Assembly: GCF_006345805.1 (NCBI RefSeq)
Contig: NC_042998.1
Span: 164,920,001 to 164,984,000 of the forward strand
Length of the DNA stretch: 64,000 nt
Reading direction: 5' to 3'
Source: Octopus sinensis
Lineage: Eukaryota
In this document: positions 25,856 to 39,830 of the stretch, one piece after another
Layout of the letters: each line of letters starts with the position of its first letter
Position numbering within the stretch: the first letter of the stretch is position 1
The notes under the pieces: model-generated
What the model saw: only the letters and a program-made list of their open reading frames with translations
Told to the model about the DNA's origin: nothing
Database searches by the model: none
Translations under genes and position numbers: made by a program

Positions 25856-25905
25856 ATATCTATAAGTGCGTGTGTGTATATATATATATATGTATGTATG
25901 TATGT

Positions 25906-25955
<50 letters not shown>

Positions 25956-26411
25956 CACGCATATCATACGCCACACACAGATATTGTTGGTGTATACATA
26001 CGTCTTATGAACTAACCATGCACGCGCAGAACAATGCTATATACAATTAATAAAATATGAAATTACCAATAACAATGTTATTGGTAATATATATATTTTT
26101 CTTAATTTCTTTCTCAAATTCTATAACCACCACACTCATTCAGAACACACCCCGATATTAAAATCTTCTTTGATGTAATAGCTTTAATCGATAGATCGAA
26201 TTTTTCTCATTCTATCGCTGGTCTAATAAAACAAGCCTGGAAGCCCTGAGGTTAATTGATATAACACATTTAAATAGAAACAACCACAAGTTGGTTCCAG
26301 TGGTCGAATAATGATGATTTTTACCAATATGTAGCCACAGGGATTATTATTACTAAGACAGCAATCGTGATAGTGGTGGTGGAGGCAAGGACTTTTGAAA
26401 TTGTCAAAATA

Positions 26412-26500
26412 ACTGTGGGTTGGAAGTTTGCTTCCCAACCACATGGCTCCGGTTTCAATCCCACAACTCGGCACATCGGAAACTGAAAAAGTCCGTCGTA

Positions 26501-26533
<33 letters not shown>

Positions 26534-26580
26534 ATCTATAAATCTATCTATCTTTCTACCCCTCTCTCTCTCTGTCTCTC

Positions 26581-26631
<51 letters not shown>

Positions 26632-26775
26632 ATATATATATCTGTATACATACATACATATATATATATATATTTCAAAAAAATAGTACTGGCGTCAACT
26701 AATTCGACTAAAACCCTTCAAAGTGGTGCCCCAGAAGGGCTGCAGTGTGATGACTGAAACAAGGAAAAGATAAAA
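26412..26775 (+). mobile_element. SINE-B head and tail split by microsatellites
   Basis: Head ctgtgggttggaagtttgcttcccaaccacatgg...; tail gactaaaacccttcaaagtggtgcccc...gactgaaacaagg. Confidence 0.7.
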
Positions 26776-27034
26776 AATATCTGTATGTTTTTCTTGTGGT
26801 GAGCAAGTTGTAACCATCAGAGAAAAAGATACAATTCCAAATATATTTTATTTTATCATTGCTTATAATACATATGAAAACGGTGGTTATACGGAACGAG
26901 GCCATCGTATCTTTCTGTTTTACCTCATGTAATAATGTAAAACGTCTTTGAATGCAGCCAAAATGAAACCAACGTTTTCACGCCTGTTTAAGTAACACCG
27001 GATTTGAATTTTACGAGCTAATGTATGAGCTTCT

Positions 27035-27210
27035 ATGTGGTAGCTTCAGTTGCTAAAATACACAGCTAAAGCTAACACAAATCACAGTTTGGCTATCGCA
27101 GTTCTGAATTCACTGGACCTAAGAAAATAGTAGGATGGTCACAGTTTGAATATCTTTGATCGCACGTCTGCTCGACCAGGGCTTTCATAGGTTTGGACAA
27201 CAACAACTTT
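27035..27210 (+). repeat. Repeat family D copy
   Basis: gagcttctatgtggtagc...ggatggtcacagtttgaatatctttgatc...ctgctcgaccagggct...ggacaacaacaac. Confidence 0.6.
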
Positions 27211-28850
27211 GAGCACCCTTGAAAATATAATATGCTTTGATAATATTTTTGATTTCGGCGATTAGATAAAAGTTCGCACCTCTCGTGTTATATATTCCCT
27301 TTCAAATGAATCGAAATAGATAGTCTTTCTTTCGGTGGGTATGAAACAATTGCCTGGTGATAAGGGAAATGTGTCTGTGAACCAATAATCAAAGCCATTT
27401 CATTTACAAGACTCTATTATCTTGCTTAACGGTAAAGAGGAAGAAAAAGGAAATAGGACCAATACTTAAAACCACGCAGCAAACTAAGTAGACCGATATT
27501 TCAATACAGAAGCTCTTGCTTGACCTCAAATTCGGCTCTGTGCGAATTGACTGTGTTTCAACCACGGCTAATTCGACATTCGTCTTGACATTGTTTACCC
27601 TGGATTATATTATCAAATATATACATTTATAAGATGATAGGAAGTAATCTGAATAATATTTGGTTGTTATTTCTAGCATGCCTATCAACTTTGCTATTAG
27701 CTCACGAGAATTTAGTTCAACTTTAAAAGTATTTATTATGTTTTCGATGCAATTTTTGCTTCGTTAATTATTTTTCATTATTTTCTCTCTAAAATATAAA
27801 AAAAAAATTAACGTTATTTTCCTTGTTATATTATTTCACTGATCTTACAACTGATTTACTCATACTGTCTCAGCAGATTTGTGTAGCAAAATATTTAACC
27901 ACGCTTCATTTCACTGAAAGCATCTATCAGAAATGAAAAGATGCGCCATTTTGAGGTAGAGGTGTTTTATTCAAATATTTGGTAGACGCTATTTGTCCAG
28001 ATATTAGATGAACCATTAAGCAACTATAAGACAATAAACTCAGTGTTTATTCATATGAATATGCAGACATGTTAAAGAGTGCTCAGGGAAATGGTATATT
28101 GCCACGAGTTCTCGTGAATACGCTGCTATAAATATTTGCATATTACTCTACTGACATGTACTTTATGTAGATTTCTCTGCTTCCTTAACCTTCCCTTTTT
28201 CAGTTCTCTTTTACAGACAATCACACATGCTTTTGTACACGTACATAGAGAAACAAACAATAACCAAAACTAAGATATTCACTATACAATGGAGGCTATT
28301 TATTTACCTTACATATGGAATTAGAATTTTAACAATGCTCTTGCGAGATGCACATTAAATAAAATTGTAATGAAACATTATTCAACGAACATTTTCCCAC
28401 AACACTATCTCAAGACATTTTGTCTGGCCGCCATTTTGTCCTGTGACATTTCCCCTAATGAATCATACTAAATTTAACGAGTTTGTAAGGATATAACAAA
28501 ATACATAATTATTTCGTACGCCATTAGTTCAGTGTATATATATGATTAATTCATACATTACAAATAAAGAAGTGAGAATATTAACCTTGTTTATGTTTAA
28601 CGCAATTTATTCGAAGCAAAACCTTTGTAAAAGTTGTCGCCGTTATATTTTATGTTTTAGTTTTAATGTTTTTCCGTTGAACAAAGATCACATGACATTT
28701 AGTAAGTGATGACGTTCGGGCTAGCCGCGTATCTTCGACACGATTTCCAATCCAGTTGTGGAAGCCCACGTACTCCTAAATGTAATATTTCTGCGAAAAG
28801 CCATAAACGTTGCATATATATTCTATTTGTATATATGTATCTAGTTTACT

Positions 28851-29168
28851 GTGGAGGCGCAATGGTCCAGTGGTAAGGGCAACGGACTCGCAGTCGGAGG
28901 ATCGCGGTTTTGATTCTCAGACCGAGCGTAGTATGTGTTTATTGAGCGAAAATACCTAAAAGCTCCACAAGGCTCCGGCAGGGGTGGCGGCGACCCCTGT
29001 TGTAGTCTTTCGCGCCAACTTTCTCTCACTCTTTCTTCCTGTTTCTTGAGCAACGCTGCGATGGACTGGCATCCCGTCCAGTTGGGGAGAACACATACGC
29101 CATAGAAACCGGGATACACGGCCCATGGGTCTGGCTAGGATTGAAAAGGGTGAAAAAGGAAAAAGGGA
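28851..29168 (+). mobile_element. SINE-C2 with tail X, full length, 12-bp TSD
   Basis: Head gtggaggcgcaatggtccagtggtaagggc; TSD atctagtttact at 28839-28850 and 29169-29180. Confidence 0.93.
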
Positions 29169-32100
29169 ATCTAGTTTACTATCAATATGATAAGCTATAT
29201 GTCAACAAAGAAGAAAAAAGTTGTTAGATGAAGGTTTGCTGGTTCGAACTTCACAAATGAATACATATCGGATGATGTGTTAGGACATCAAAAATACGCT
29301 TTCGATAAACCAAGCATAATAGAAGGCAGAGGGTACTTCTGAAAACTTTGAAATTCATGGAGACGAAACGAACGCGCGCACACACACACATATTCATACA
29401 TACACAGAGGAATGAAGAAGGGTGTAAGAAATATAAATAGCTGAACAAGAGAAAGTAGTAGAAAGAGTTAAAGCAAGAAATTAAAATAATGATAACCGCC
29501 ATATTGCCTCAAATTTAAAATATTAGAAAAGCTAAATGCAGAGGCAGATTTATTTTACCTCAAAATATAACTGGTACCTTTAGGCGAGTTTTAATATTAG
29601 ATACGGCACTTTCTATATTGGAATTTAAGTACATCCATGATAATTAATCTATCAACTCTTGTTTATGTTGCTGCTGTTGTTTTTACGGCTTTCGTTTATT
29701 AGCCTCTGGTCAACACTGATTGTGCAGGCCTATATTCAAATGTATTCCAGCAATGAGCATCATGCCAAGTTTATTTGATCTTCAGCTTGAAAATTTGCTA
29801 ATGGGTTTCTAGAGGGAAAACAGGAGGGCTAGGAGAGAAATCTGGCTGGTTAAAGTATTGAGGCGAAATGATTGGGTGAAACATTTAGGATAAGAATAGA
29901 AGAATTCTGAGAAGTAAGTGAGTTACAGTAGTTATTTTCATCTTACTGCTTTTGTTTTGTTTTTTTTTGCTTTTAATCGACCTCAGATTAAAAAGCAAAA
30001 CAAAACAAAAGCAGTATCAAGTAAGTATTCATAAATTAGCAGAGTCGCTAGATTAGCGGTTCGAATGAATGCCTTACAGTATTCGTTGAGTATCTCTGCG
30101 ATCTGAATCAAATTTTCTACTGTACTCAGCTTTGTCTCTTGTCCTTTGTGGGTCGATGTATATCTATAAAGTGCCAGTCCAGGGACGGTGGTTTGGTGCA
30201 GTTGTGAAAGCGTCGGACGAAATTGCTTTATGGCGTCTGTTCCGGTTATTTGCGCTTTCGTTTCAAATTCTACTAAGGTGCAAATGGTCGAAGCTAATCC
30301 CACGGCTTCGAGAACAACTGGTCAATGGAAACAAGCTGACACATAACAAGAAAGAAAAACTAGCAGTGTTCTAGTCATGAGCTTACCCTACGTTTGCAGA
30401 TTGTGTCTAGGATATCATTCTCTAGTATTTCTTTCATTGTTTAAAACTTTTAATAGGTAATACATATGAGAGGGAAATCGCTGCTATTTCTAGCAACCTG
30501 AGAGATCTCAAATGAACCACCATCCTTTGTTCTGCAGTGATTTCTTCGTTCCTTCACACAGGCTCTCCCTGTTTGCGGTGACTTATTGTTGCTGTTTTGT
30601 TGTTATCATTATTGATAGTGATATTGGTCGAGCGATGTTTAATTTCAAGTCGACCTAGGTCTAGTAAATCAATGATCAAAAACGTTGCAGGCGTGACTAT
30701 CTCTTCTGCATAACAAGGACTAACATTTTACTAGGTCTCCTTCATTTTAAGACAGAAATTTGGTTGCTTTTCCTTGTAGCTTCTCCGACCTCGTAAAGGC
30801 TCTCTTATTACGAGGGAAATACGAGGGAAATGTTATTGTCCGTCATGATAGTGGTTAGTTTGTGTTGTTACAACCACTCTTTCTTTCTGCAAATGGTTTC
30901 GTCTAAAGCACATTCTTGTGCACCAACACATCAATGCCAATCACACAATATTGACCGTAACTCTTTTCTCATTAGAGCGTGACACTTGTCTCCATGGTAC
31001 GAATTTTATATCGAGTTAGAGTTGTTTTTTTTTATTTTGTCAAAGCTTTATTCGTTTTTGTGCCTTATCAGCTCTCACTGGACACTGAAGCGAATATACA
31101 GGATCACATGAACAGAAAGCTGACATGTAAGAATGACAGGACGATAATTTTCCGGTGCCTTATTGAGAGCGCAGTAAAACTATTAGAAAGTGTGCCTGTA
31201 CTACGAAAACCAGTTGCCTCTTTACACAATTCTCTACTGTGTATATTTATTACTAGTTTTCAAACAAAGGTAATGTTGATTATTACGAGATAGAGAAGAA
31301 ATCGATCCTGCATTTCAGAAGGATTTGTTGACGGTTCTTTCACCAAACAAAACCATTCAGTTTGCATTCAATTCCATCATTATAATGTTTAGATAGAAAA
31401 GAAGAAAGATGATGTGAGTGGGATGATGGTGATGAATAGTAAAAGGTTCATTCCAAACGAAATAGTAAAACCTCCTGCTAGCTATTAATTGAAATGTTAT
31501 CAAAACTGACCTCCCTAAGCAACATATTATCACATTTCCTTTGGCAACACAATCACATTCTCGCTTTCGCCGCATCATCACATCGCCGTCGCCTTCTTGT
31601 ACAGTGGGTCAACCAACCTATAGTTGACACCAGCCACTGTCTCACACACTATTCTGTCTGTTTATTTCTCTCTAACTGCATATCGACTTCCAGCTAAAGC
31701 CCACTTACTCAGGAGCGGTGTTTTTATGTATGTATATATAAATACAAATGCAAATAAGAATTCTCTAAAGAAGATATTGGCATTTCGGAATAAATTGAAT
31801 TGGACAAAAACGAGAGAGAGAAAGAGAGAGAGGGGAAAGAGGGAGGAAAGGAGAGAAATCTACGGGTTTCAGTGAAAGTCACGCGTGTTGGAAACCTCTT
31901 AACGGTATTAAATTTCAAAGGATGATCCCTGTCCGTGGTACGGCTCCTAGATAAAGCTGTTTCTTCGATTCTGTACAGTATATTAACCATGAAGAAAAAG
32001 AAGAAAATAAAACAAACTAACAAAGCAACAACACATACGAAATAAATCAACCTATGTGAAAGCATTGACTTTAGCGTATCTTATTTACAGTTTCTATTTA

Positions 32101-32361
32101 ATTTATTTACGGCTTTCCAGCTAAGTCTTCGACCCAAGGCGAATTTGTTTCGTTTTCGGTTCTTTAAAAGTTGCATTTGTCACTAATTCAATCAAACACA
32201 TGTTTTAGTCTTGTTTATTTGTTCAATTCCTTTTAGTCATTTTTATTTTGCTTAGTTTCGTTGTACCCAATTATGCTACTGTTTAGCCCGAGGACGATCC
32301 GAATCAAGAAGGCCAATGATTGATAACCTCGCAACTATGATCAATCTTATCTCCCTTGTAT

Positions 32362-32740
32362 ATTCTTTTATTCTTTCATTTGTTTCAGTCATTTGACTGT
32401 CGCCATGCTGGAGCATCATCTTTAGTCGAACTAATCGACCCCAGGACTTATTCTTTGTAAGCCTAGTACTTATTCTATCGGTCTGTTTTGCCGAACCGCT
32501 AAGTTACGGGACGTAAACACACCAGCATCGGTTGTCAAGCGATGGTGGGGAGACTAACACAGACACACAAACACACATATATATATACGACGAGATTCTT
32601 TTAGTTTCCGTCTACCAAATCCACTCACAAGGCTTTGGTCGGCCTGAGGCTATAGCAGAAGACACTTACCTAAGGTGCCACGCAATGTGACTGAATCCGG
32701 AACCATGTGGTTGGTAAGAAAGCTACTTACCACACAGCCA
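32362..32740 (-). mobile_element. SINE-B
   Basis: Near full-length match to 22309-22723. Confidence 0.92.
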
Positions 32741-33626
32741 ACGGAGTTGTTGATATCTCAAGGATATAGACATTGAATTTTGTATATTTGTTCATTATTA
32801 AAACTGCTGTGTATTTTGAGAGATTTGGCCGTTATTCTTAGCAAGTAGAGCAATCGTTATTTTTCGAATAGGTAAACGTAGATTCGTCAATAGCCTAATG
32901 ACAGAAAGCCTAAGCATCGTGAAAGGAAGAGAAAGATTATAGGTGGATGAATCATGTACGAATTCCATTCCGTTCAGTCGTTTTCAGTCCTCTGAAGATT
33001 AAGCACTACTGCTTAACACGCAGAGGAGTGGAAGATTGTTAAATAACAGACATTAACAAGGAGGTTTGATTCTGCATCAAAAGTTGTCAAGATCTCTGAT
33101 ATTCATATTTCCCAGACTACCGCTTTTCTCCATCTAATCAGAATGAATAAGAAATTAGTAGTAATATGAGTATATATTTTACGCTTATAAGCTCGTTTTG
33201 CAAGATTCCTGATTAGAAATCGTGTGTTGAAACAAATATTGTTATATTTAGGGGTGTTTGTTTTTCGTGCCAAATAAATACACGCTCTATATATTCGATC
33301 TTCACTCATTTATTAATGTTCTTTTTTTATGTTGTGTCCATTGTCTGGAAATCTTTCGTGACACATCTGTGACCTCTTCAGTGACCCTTTCTATCCACGT
33401 GTATCCGCCTAGTCCATTCTGTTTTATGTGTATCCTTGTCTGCGCATGCGTTTGCGTCTGTGTGTGTATGTATGTGTGTGTGTGTGCGCGCGCGTGCGCG
33501 TGTACATACGCATGTCTATGTTTATTGCATGTGTGTGTGTATATGGGCTTGCCCAGACGGAGCAGGAAGATATACGTGGATTGAAAAGGTCGCTGAAGAG
33601 ATCACAGATGGGTGACGAAAGATTTC

Positions 33627-33796
33627 CACACAAAAACTGTTAGATTCACTTCAACATTTGAATTTAATTTGTAAAAATATTTTCGTCGCTTTGCAGCACG
33701 AAGTTTTGTCAGTGAACAGGTCGCGGTCTCAAAGCGTCGAAAATATTTTGACAAATTAAATTTAAATGTTGAAGTGAATCTAACGGTTTTTGTGTG
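33627..33796. mobile_element. MITE-like fold-back, 67-bp TIRs, CAC...GTG ends, 4-bp TTTC flanks
   Basis: Arms 33627-33693 and 33730-33796 (4 mismatches); tttc at 33623-33626 and 33797-33800. Confidence 0.85.
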
Positions 33797-34749
33797 TTTC
33801 TTAAATGGCTTATAAACACCTTCCACGCTGCAATTGGTTTTCTTCCAGCACACGATCTCAGATCAGGTCACTTGCAATACAAGTACATCTCCGTAATTCC
33901 GGAAATAACATAAAATATGAAAAGAAAAAAAAATGATCATCCCGAAATATAACAATACATTGTTCAACCCTAAATACGAAGGGATGTTGAGAAGTTCTTG
34001 GCTTTGGGTAAAAAGAAAGGAGGATCAATTATTTATGATTTTATTCAACATATTCGGCTCTCAGATTTATACACTTATTGCAACAGTCCTTCAGTTTTCC
34101 TAAGCCCTGTAAAAGAACTCGGAAGGTTGGATTTCCAGCCAGGCGTTTCATGATACCCATTAAGCCAGGCGCTTTTCAACCCCCCGCGTAAGTATGTGTG
34201 GGTTTTTATGTACGTGTGCGTATGTATGTGTGTATATGTGTGTGTGAACATATATGTAAGTATATTTATACATCGGCGTACATAGATACCAATATCTATA
34301 CATACATATACATCTCTTCCTCCCTCCCTAACTCCCCCCTCTTTCTTACGCGCAAACTCATATACACATATTGTATTTACACACATAGACGCACATACAT
34401 ACGTCTTGCTTTACTTTCAGATATAGTATATCCTGAACAATAATGTTCTATTTTAGCTTCAAAAACAAGAATGTGGTTATAGATAGATAGATAGATAGAT
34501 AGTTAGATAGATAAGAGAGAAAGAGAAAGACAGGGAGAGAGAAAGAGAGGAGAGAGAGAGAGACAGGGAGAGAGAGAGAGAGTGTGAGAGAGAAAGAGAC
34601 AGACAGAGAAAGAGATTTAATTTCTGTATCTAAAAGATTAAGGGAGCACATATTGGGTTCTGCACCAGCTACTGTTCGTAAGTGTAGTACCAAATGATAT
34701 TTCTTGCCTAAATCGAATATTTAGGCAAGAAATCTCAATAAACCAAGAA

Positions 34750-34925
34750 AATCTATTTTCAGTCACTGAATTTACAAGAAATATTGGCAAAATATTCCTT
34801 TAGAGTCATTCTTACAAAAGCAGAGACAGAGAATAACGTTGAAAGATGGGATGGTCATAGTAAGAATGTCTTTACACTTGTGACGAGTCTGTCCGACTAC
34901 AACTGACCTGGGTCACAACAACGAC
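34750..34925 (+). repeat. Repeat family D copy
   Basis: gatgggatggtcatag...gagtctgtccgactacaactgacctgggtcacaacaacgac. Confidence 0.5.
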
Positions 34926-35276
34926 AAAAAATCATTTGCTGCCGGGAAACGCGATTCTGTAAAATCGTATTGATTTCCATTGCCTTCTTCGAGCAACGCA
35001 TGTGAAGATTTAAGGGGAATACTACAAAGTTAGAATGTCTACTCTCCGATAATACAATACTTCTCGTGTTTAAGTCAGTGAACTGTGGTTTCTCCTATAT
35101 TCTTATTTTACAAAGTAGTTGCAAATAAGCGTCTGGAACTTACGTGGTCGTGTAATGACTCTCCTAGTGACACCCGCAATCAAGAAGCCGAAGGCAATTG
35201 GGTTAGAGTGTTGACATGCTGGGTGATGTGGCTTAAAGAAATTTTAGTAAGCAACACTCTTCAGCTACGATTGTTA

Positions 35277-35635
35277 AACGCAGTGGCTGTGTGGTAAGTA
35301 GCTTGCTTACCAATCACATGGTTCCGAGTTCAGTCCCATTGCGTGACACCTTGGGCAAGTGTCTTCTACTATAGCCCCGGGCCGACCAAAGCCTTGTGAG
35401 TGGATTTGGTATGTGTGTGTTTGTGTGTCAGTGTTTGTCCCCCCAACATCGCTTGACAACCGATGCTGGTGTGTATACGTCCCCGTAACTTAGCGGTTCG
35501 GCAAAACAGACCGACAGAATAAGTACTGAGCTTTCAAAGAATAAGTCCTGGGGTCTATTTGCTCGACTAAAGGCGGTGCTCCAGCATGGTCACCGTCAAA
35601 TGACTGAAATAAGTAAAAGAGTAAAAGAATAAAGA
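35277..35635 (+). mobile_element. SINE-B with internal deletion
   Basis: gtggctgtgtggtaagtagcttgcttacc...aaggcggtgctccagcatgg...tgactgaaataagtaaaagagtaaaag. Confidence 0.92.
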
Positions 35636-35899
35636 GAGCACTAGCTTGTACATGCGCACGCGAACACACATGCGTGAAATATGCCTATGACAAAAAAAAA
35701 CCTCTTAGAGAAATAGAAACGTTATTAACGTTTCGGAGGCATTCCCGTCAACAGAAAGAGAGAATGAGAGGCAAAGAAAGAAAAAAAAAACGCAGAAACA
35801 AAATATAAAGCACATATAGAAGCATTGAAGTAGCACTTCTGATATGCAAACACACTCACAGGTTACACCAATATGTTAATGTGTTTGTATCTTTTACAG

Positions 35900-36092
35900 T
35901 TTATCTTTTACTTATTTCAGTCATTTGACTGTGGCCATGCTGGGGCATCGCCTTGAAGGGTTCTTTAAGTCAAACAAAACGACCCAAGGGCTTTCTTTTA
36001 AAACCTAGTGTTTATTTTATCGGTTTATTATGCCGAACTGATATGTTAGGGGAACCTAAACACAACAAAACTGGTTATCAAGCGGTGGTGGA

Positions 36093-36131
<39 letters not shown>

Positions 36132-36338
36132 ACACACACACACACAACACACACACACACATATGTATATATATATATATACGACGAGCTTCTTTCAGCT
36201 TCCATCTACCAAATCCACTCACATGGTTTTGGTTGGCCCAAGGCCATAGTAGAAAACACTTACCCAAAGATCCGTGCAGTTAGAGTGAACCCAGAAACAT
36301 GTGGTCGGGAGGCAAGCTTCTTACCATACAGCCACACC
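35900..36338 (-). mobile_element. SINE-B
   Basis: Inverted partner of 35277-35635, about 265 bp away. Confidence 0.88.
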
Positions 36339-36747
36339 TATATATCTATATATTTTCTTTAGAGCTGTGAACTTCTTGATGTTTATAAGTGTTACATTGT
36401 GCGCACGCGCATATGTATGCATATATATGTATATATATGTGTATATATATATATTTATGTTAGACCTGACACCGTGTATTAGCCGCTGTTTTTCAAGCGA
36501 TGAATAGTTTTGCGTAAACCATGGTTCGCTTTGTTCACTTACTTTATTATCATCTTATAATCATCTCATAATAATGACTTTTATGATTCTTATTACTACC
36601 TCAACCAATCTAAATGTATATATTTGTCGTTACCTGTCATAAATAGCCTTTTTTTTTTATTTGCAATGTGCATTTTCGTTGATTTTTTTCATATTTTACC
36701 CTTACATTTACACGTGTATTTTATTTTTTATTTTTGTAATATATTTC

Positions 36748-36775
<28 letters not shown>

Positions 36776-36778
<3 letters not shown>

Positions 36779-36997
36779 CTAAGCAATTAAGGGTTTAGCA
36801 ACGAATTGCCTTACCACACACCGAATTTAGAAATAGCAGTCAAAGAGATTATAGCTATTTCTTCTACTAAAAGGGAGATCACAGTAAAGGCACAGTAAAG
36901 GCACAGTAGAAGAAATAGCTATAATCTCTTTGACTGCTATTTCTAAATTCGGTGTGTGGTAAGGCAATTCGTTGCTAAACCCTTAATTGCTTAGTAT
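36776..36997. repeat. Perfect 93-bp inverted repeat with 36-nt spacer (MITE-like)
   Basis: 36776-36868 is the exact reverse complement of 36905-36997; spacer contains cacagtaaagg repeats. Confidence 0.97.
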
Positions 36998-37094
36998 TAC
37001 TTAAATTTTCCTCGAATGAGGCTTTTACATGCCGAAGACTACTTGGTGTAATTGATAATTATTCCAAATTAATTAATTTCACCCTTCATTGTTA

Positions 37095-37096
<2 letters not shown>

Positions 37097-37161
<65 letters not shown>

Positions 37162-37761
37162 GTGCGTGTATGTATGTATGAGTGCGTGTTCGTATGCCTG
37201 CGCGGATATGAATAGTTTCTGCCAACCAAATGTCGCACTAGAAACCTTCGATCGTCTCGATACTGTGCACCAAAGTAAATGGGCAAATGCTCGGTGCTTC
37301 GCGATCGGACCGAACAGCCACTGCCAATTGTGTAAGTGTGTGTGTGTATGTTTGTATGTTTGTGTGTACGTCTATTATGCACATGCTCGCTCACACACAT
37401 ATAACTCTTGTACATACATGCACACATGTATGGTATCTGTTCAAACACGCAGCCGTTGCTGCTTTTCACCATTTCTCTCCGTCTATTTTTTTTATATATT
37501 TTTATTTCTTTTCAAGAAAGACAACAGTTCGAGGGTGTTTCTGAAAGACAGAGCGCCTTATAATGAGTTTTATAAACAGCAATAACACAGATTAGGCTGG
37601 GAAATATCTCTGAATACACTTGACACGTCGGAATAAATGACAGGCTTTCTTAAAACAACAAATAGTCAAACGAAACGAAAATAAATACTAGTAGTAACAG
37701 AAAAATTGAAATTTTCATTTAGTTTCTGTGAAAACAGAAAGGGAGCTTCTGTGCATATGTG

Positions 37762-37806
<45 letters not shown>

Positions 37807-37972
37807 TGTGTGTGTGTGTGTGTGTATGTGTGTGCGTGCGTGTGTGCATGAAACTGAGTGCGTGTTCGTAAGTGTGTGTGTGTGTGTGTTTATGTGTGAT
37901 TCCCTCTAGTTTTCAATAGCGGCTTACTCACATGTCATGTGTATATTCTTATATATGTATGGTAGTTCGAGT

Positions 37973-38019
<47 letters not shown>

Positions 38020-38124
38020 TGTGTGTATGCGTGCGTGAGTGATTGCATCTGTCTAAATATGAGTGCGCGTTTATATATATATATATATATACACATATAC
38101 ATACATATATATACATATACATAC

Positions 38125-38170
<46 letters not shown>

Positions 38171-38740
38171 TCTGTGTAAATCTGCATATGTACGAATGTC
38201 AGCATGTATGTATGTGTACACGTGTGTGTGTAAATATATATATATATACATAGGTATATATAACTATACATATACAAATTTATAAATACTTGTGCATACA
38301 AATGTGTGTGAGAGAAAGAAACAGAGAGAGAGAGAGTGAAAGGGAGAGAGGGGAGAGAGTGAGTGTGTGTGTGTGTGTACGATAGGGTACCATAAACACA
38401 ACTTTGAAGAAAGCAGTCTGTAAATACACTAGATATTTTCAATGCAGTCGTTATAACAAGAACAGATGTAATTTCGTTGAGTTTTGAAGCGATAAAAATA
38501 GCAGAAGGTTTACATGAAAGATCCCATCTGGGCCATTAAATGGTACTAGCATCGTGGAATATTCTAAATGCAATAAGAAGCAAACAAAATGTGGCAGAGG
38601 GGAAGTAGTAGAAAGGAGTTGGGGATCGAGGCACCAAGAAAGAAAGAATGGAAAGGATATTTAAAAGAAAGGAGCAAGGACGGATCTATGCGTGTGTTCT
38701 AAATATGGTTGTCAATAAGGCTGTGGGTTTGTGGATGTGA

Positions 38741-38803
<63 letters not shown>

Positions 38804-39150
38804 AATATACATAGACATATACACATATTTACATGCATACATATACACATACACCACCATATATACACACATACAGATACTCATATATATATATATATAC
38901 ATATGTATATACACATGCATATATATATACACACACACACGCACATGTACATACATCAGTAAATACATACACATATACACACACACACATATATACACTT
39001 GTGAGTAAGATATACACTTGTATATACACTTGTGAGTAAGATGCTACTGAAAACTAGGGGGAATCACACATAAACACTCACACACACACACACACACACG
39101 CACGAACACGCACACAATCTCATGCACAAACATGCACACAAACATACACA
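37097..39150. repeat. Microsatellite-dense zone: (AT)n, (GT)n, (AC)n, (AG)n
   Basis: Tracts at 37097-37160, 37760-38370 and 38740-39150; explains the YI/VC/HT ORFs. Confidence 0.93.
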
Positions 39151-39554
39151 TATACACACTTAGAGATATATATGGTAATTGTTTGGACTAATTAAATTTG
39201 ATGTATGGTAAGGATGCACGCTATAGCGTTGCCTCTGAACTAGGGAATTGGGATAATTTCGGTTACATACGCACAATCACACAAACACATAAAAATACAA
39301 TTACTAAAACTTTGTATGTCATTCCTAACAAACTCTACGAACCTCACATGGTCTTTCTAACTCACGACATATTCCTGCCATAGATTTGACTGTCTGCTCG
39401 ATTTTGTTATCAGAGACATATGATTTAATGTATAGACCTAAACAACTGTCACTGCTTTACAAGGAAAGTTACCCATGGCATATAATATCGAGTGTGTCAC
39501 CAAGTATATTAAATATTTCTAATCACGAAATCTATGCGTTTTAGAATATGTTAT

Positions 39555-39830
39555 CGTTGTTGTTGTGATTGTTGTCGTCGTTGCAGCTGTTTTCTCATAT
39601 CACAAGTCAGCTCTGATCGAGTGGTCCTGTGTTCACAGGCATCGACCAGCAGCGGTCAAATTTCCCCTTTATTCAATATTTTAGTGTTTCAGTTAGCGTG
39701 CTTCTGACTACATTATCAAGTATGTACTTCCCTTTAATGGCGGCAATGTGATTTGAAGGAGATTTGGTTGATATTACTGGTAGATCAAGAAGCATAGCTG
39801 CTCACTGCATAGAGGCTCACTCGTCGACTT
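39555..39830 (-). repeat. Repeat family D copy
   Basis: gttgttgttg...gtcagctctgatcgag...gtgatttgaaggagatttggttgatatt...catagaggctcactcgtc. Confidence 0.6.

Noticed and set aside
28640-28775. Minus-strand acceptor followed by EYVGFHNWIGNRVED...
   Set aside because: Short, two frames equally plausible, no donor, no homology recognised.
28851-28925. tRNA-like sequences at SINE heads (also 15710-15777, 56780-56852)
   Set aside because: They continue into SINE bodies with TSDs; not tRNA genes.
33580-33630. CTGAAGA...GAAA hammerhead-like string
   Set aside because: Stem II needs a bulge and no stem I pairing exists, either with or without the adjacent MITE.
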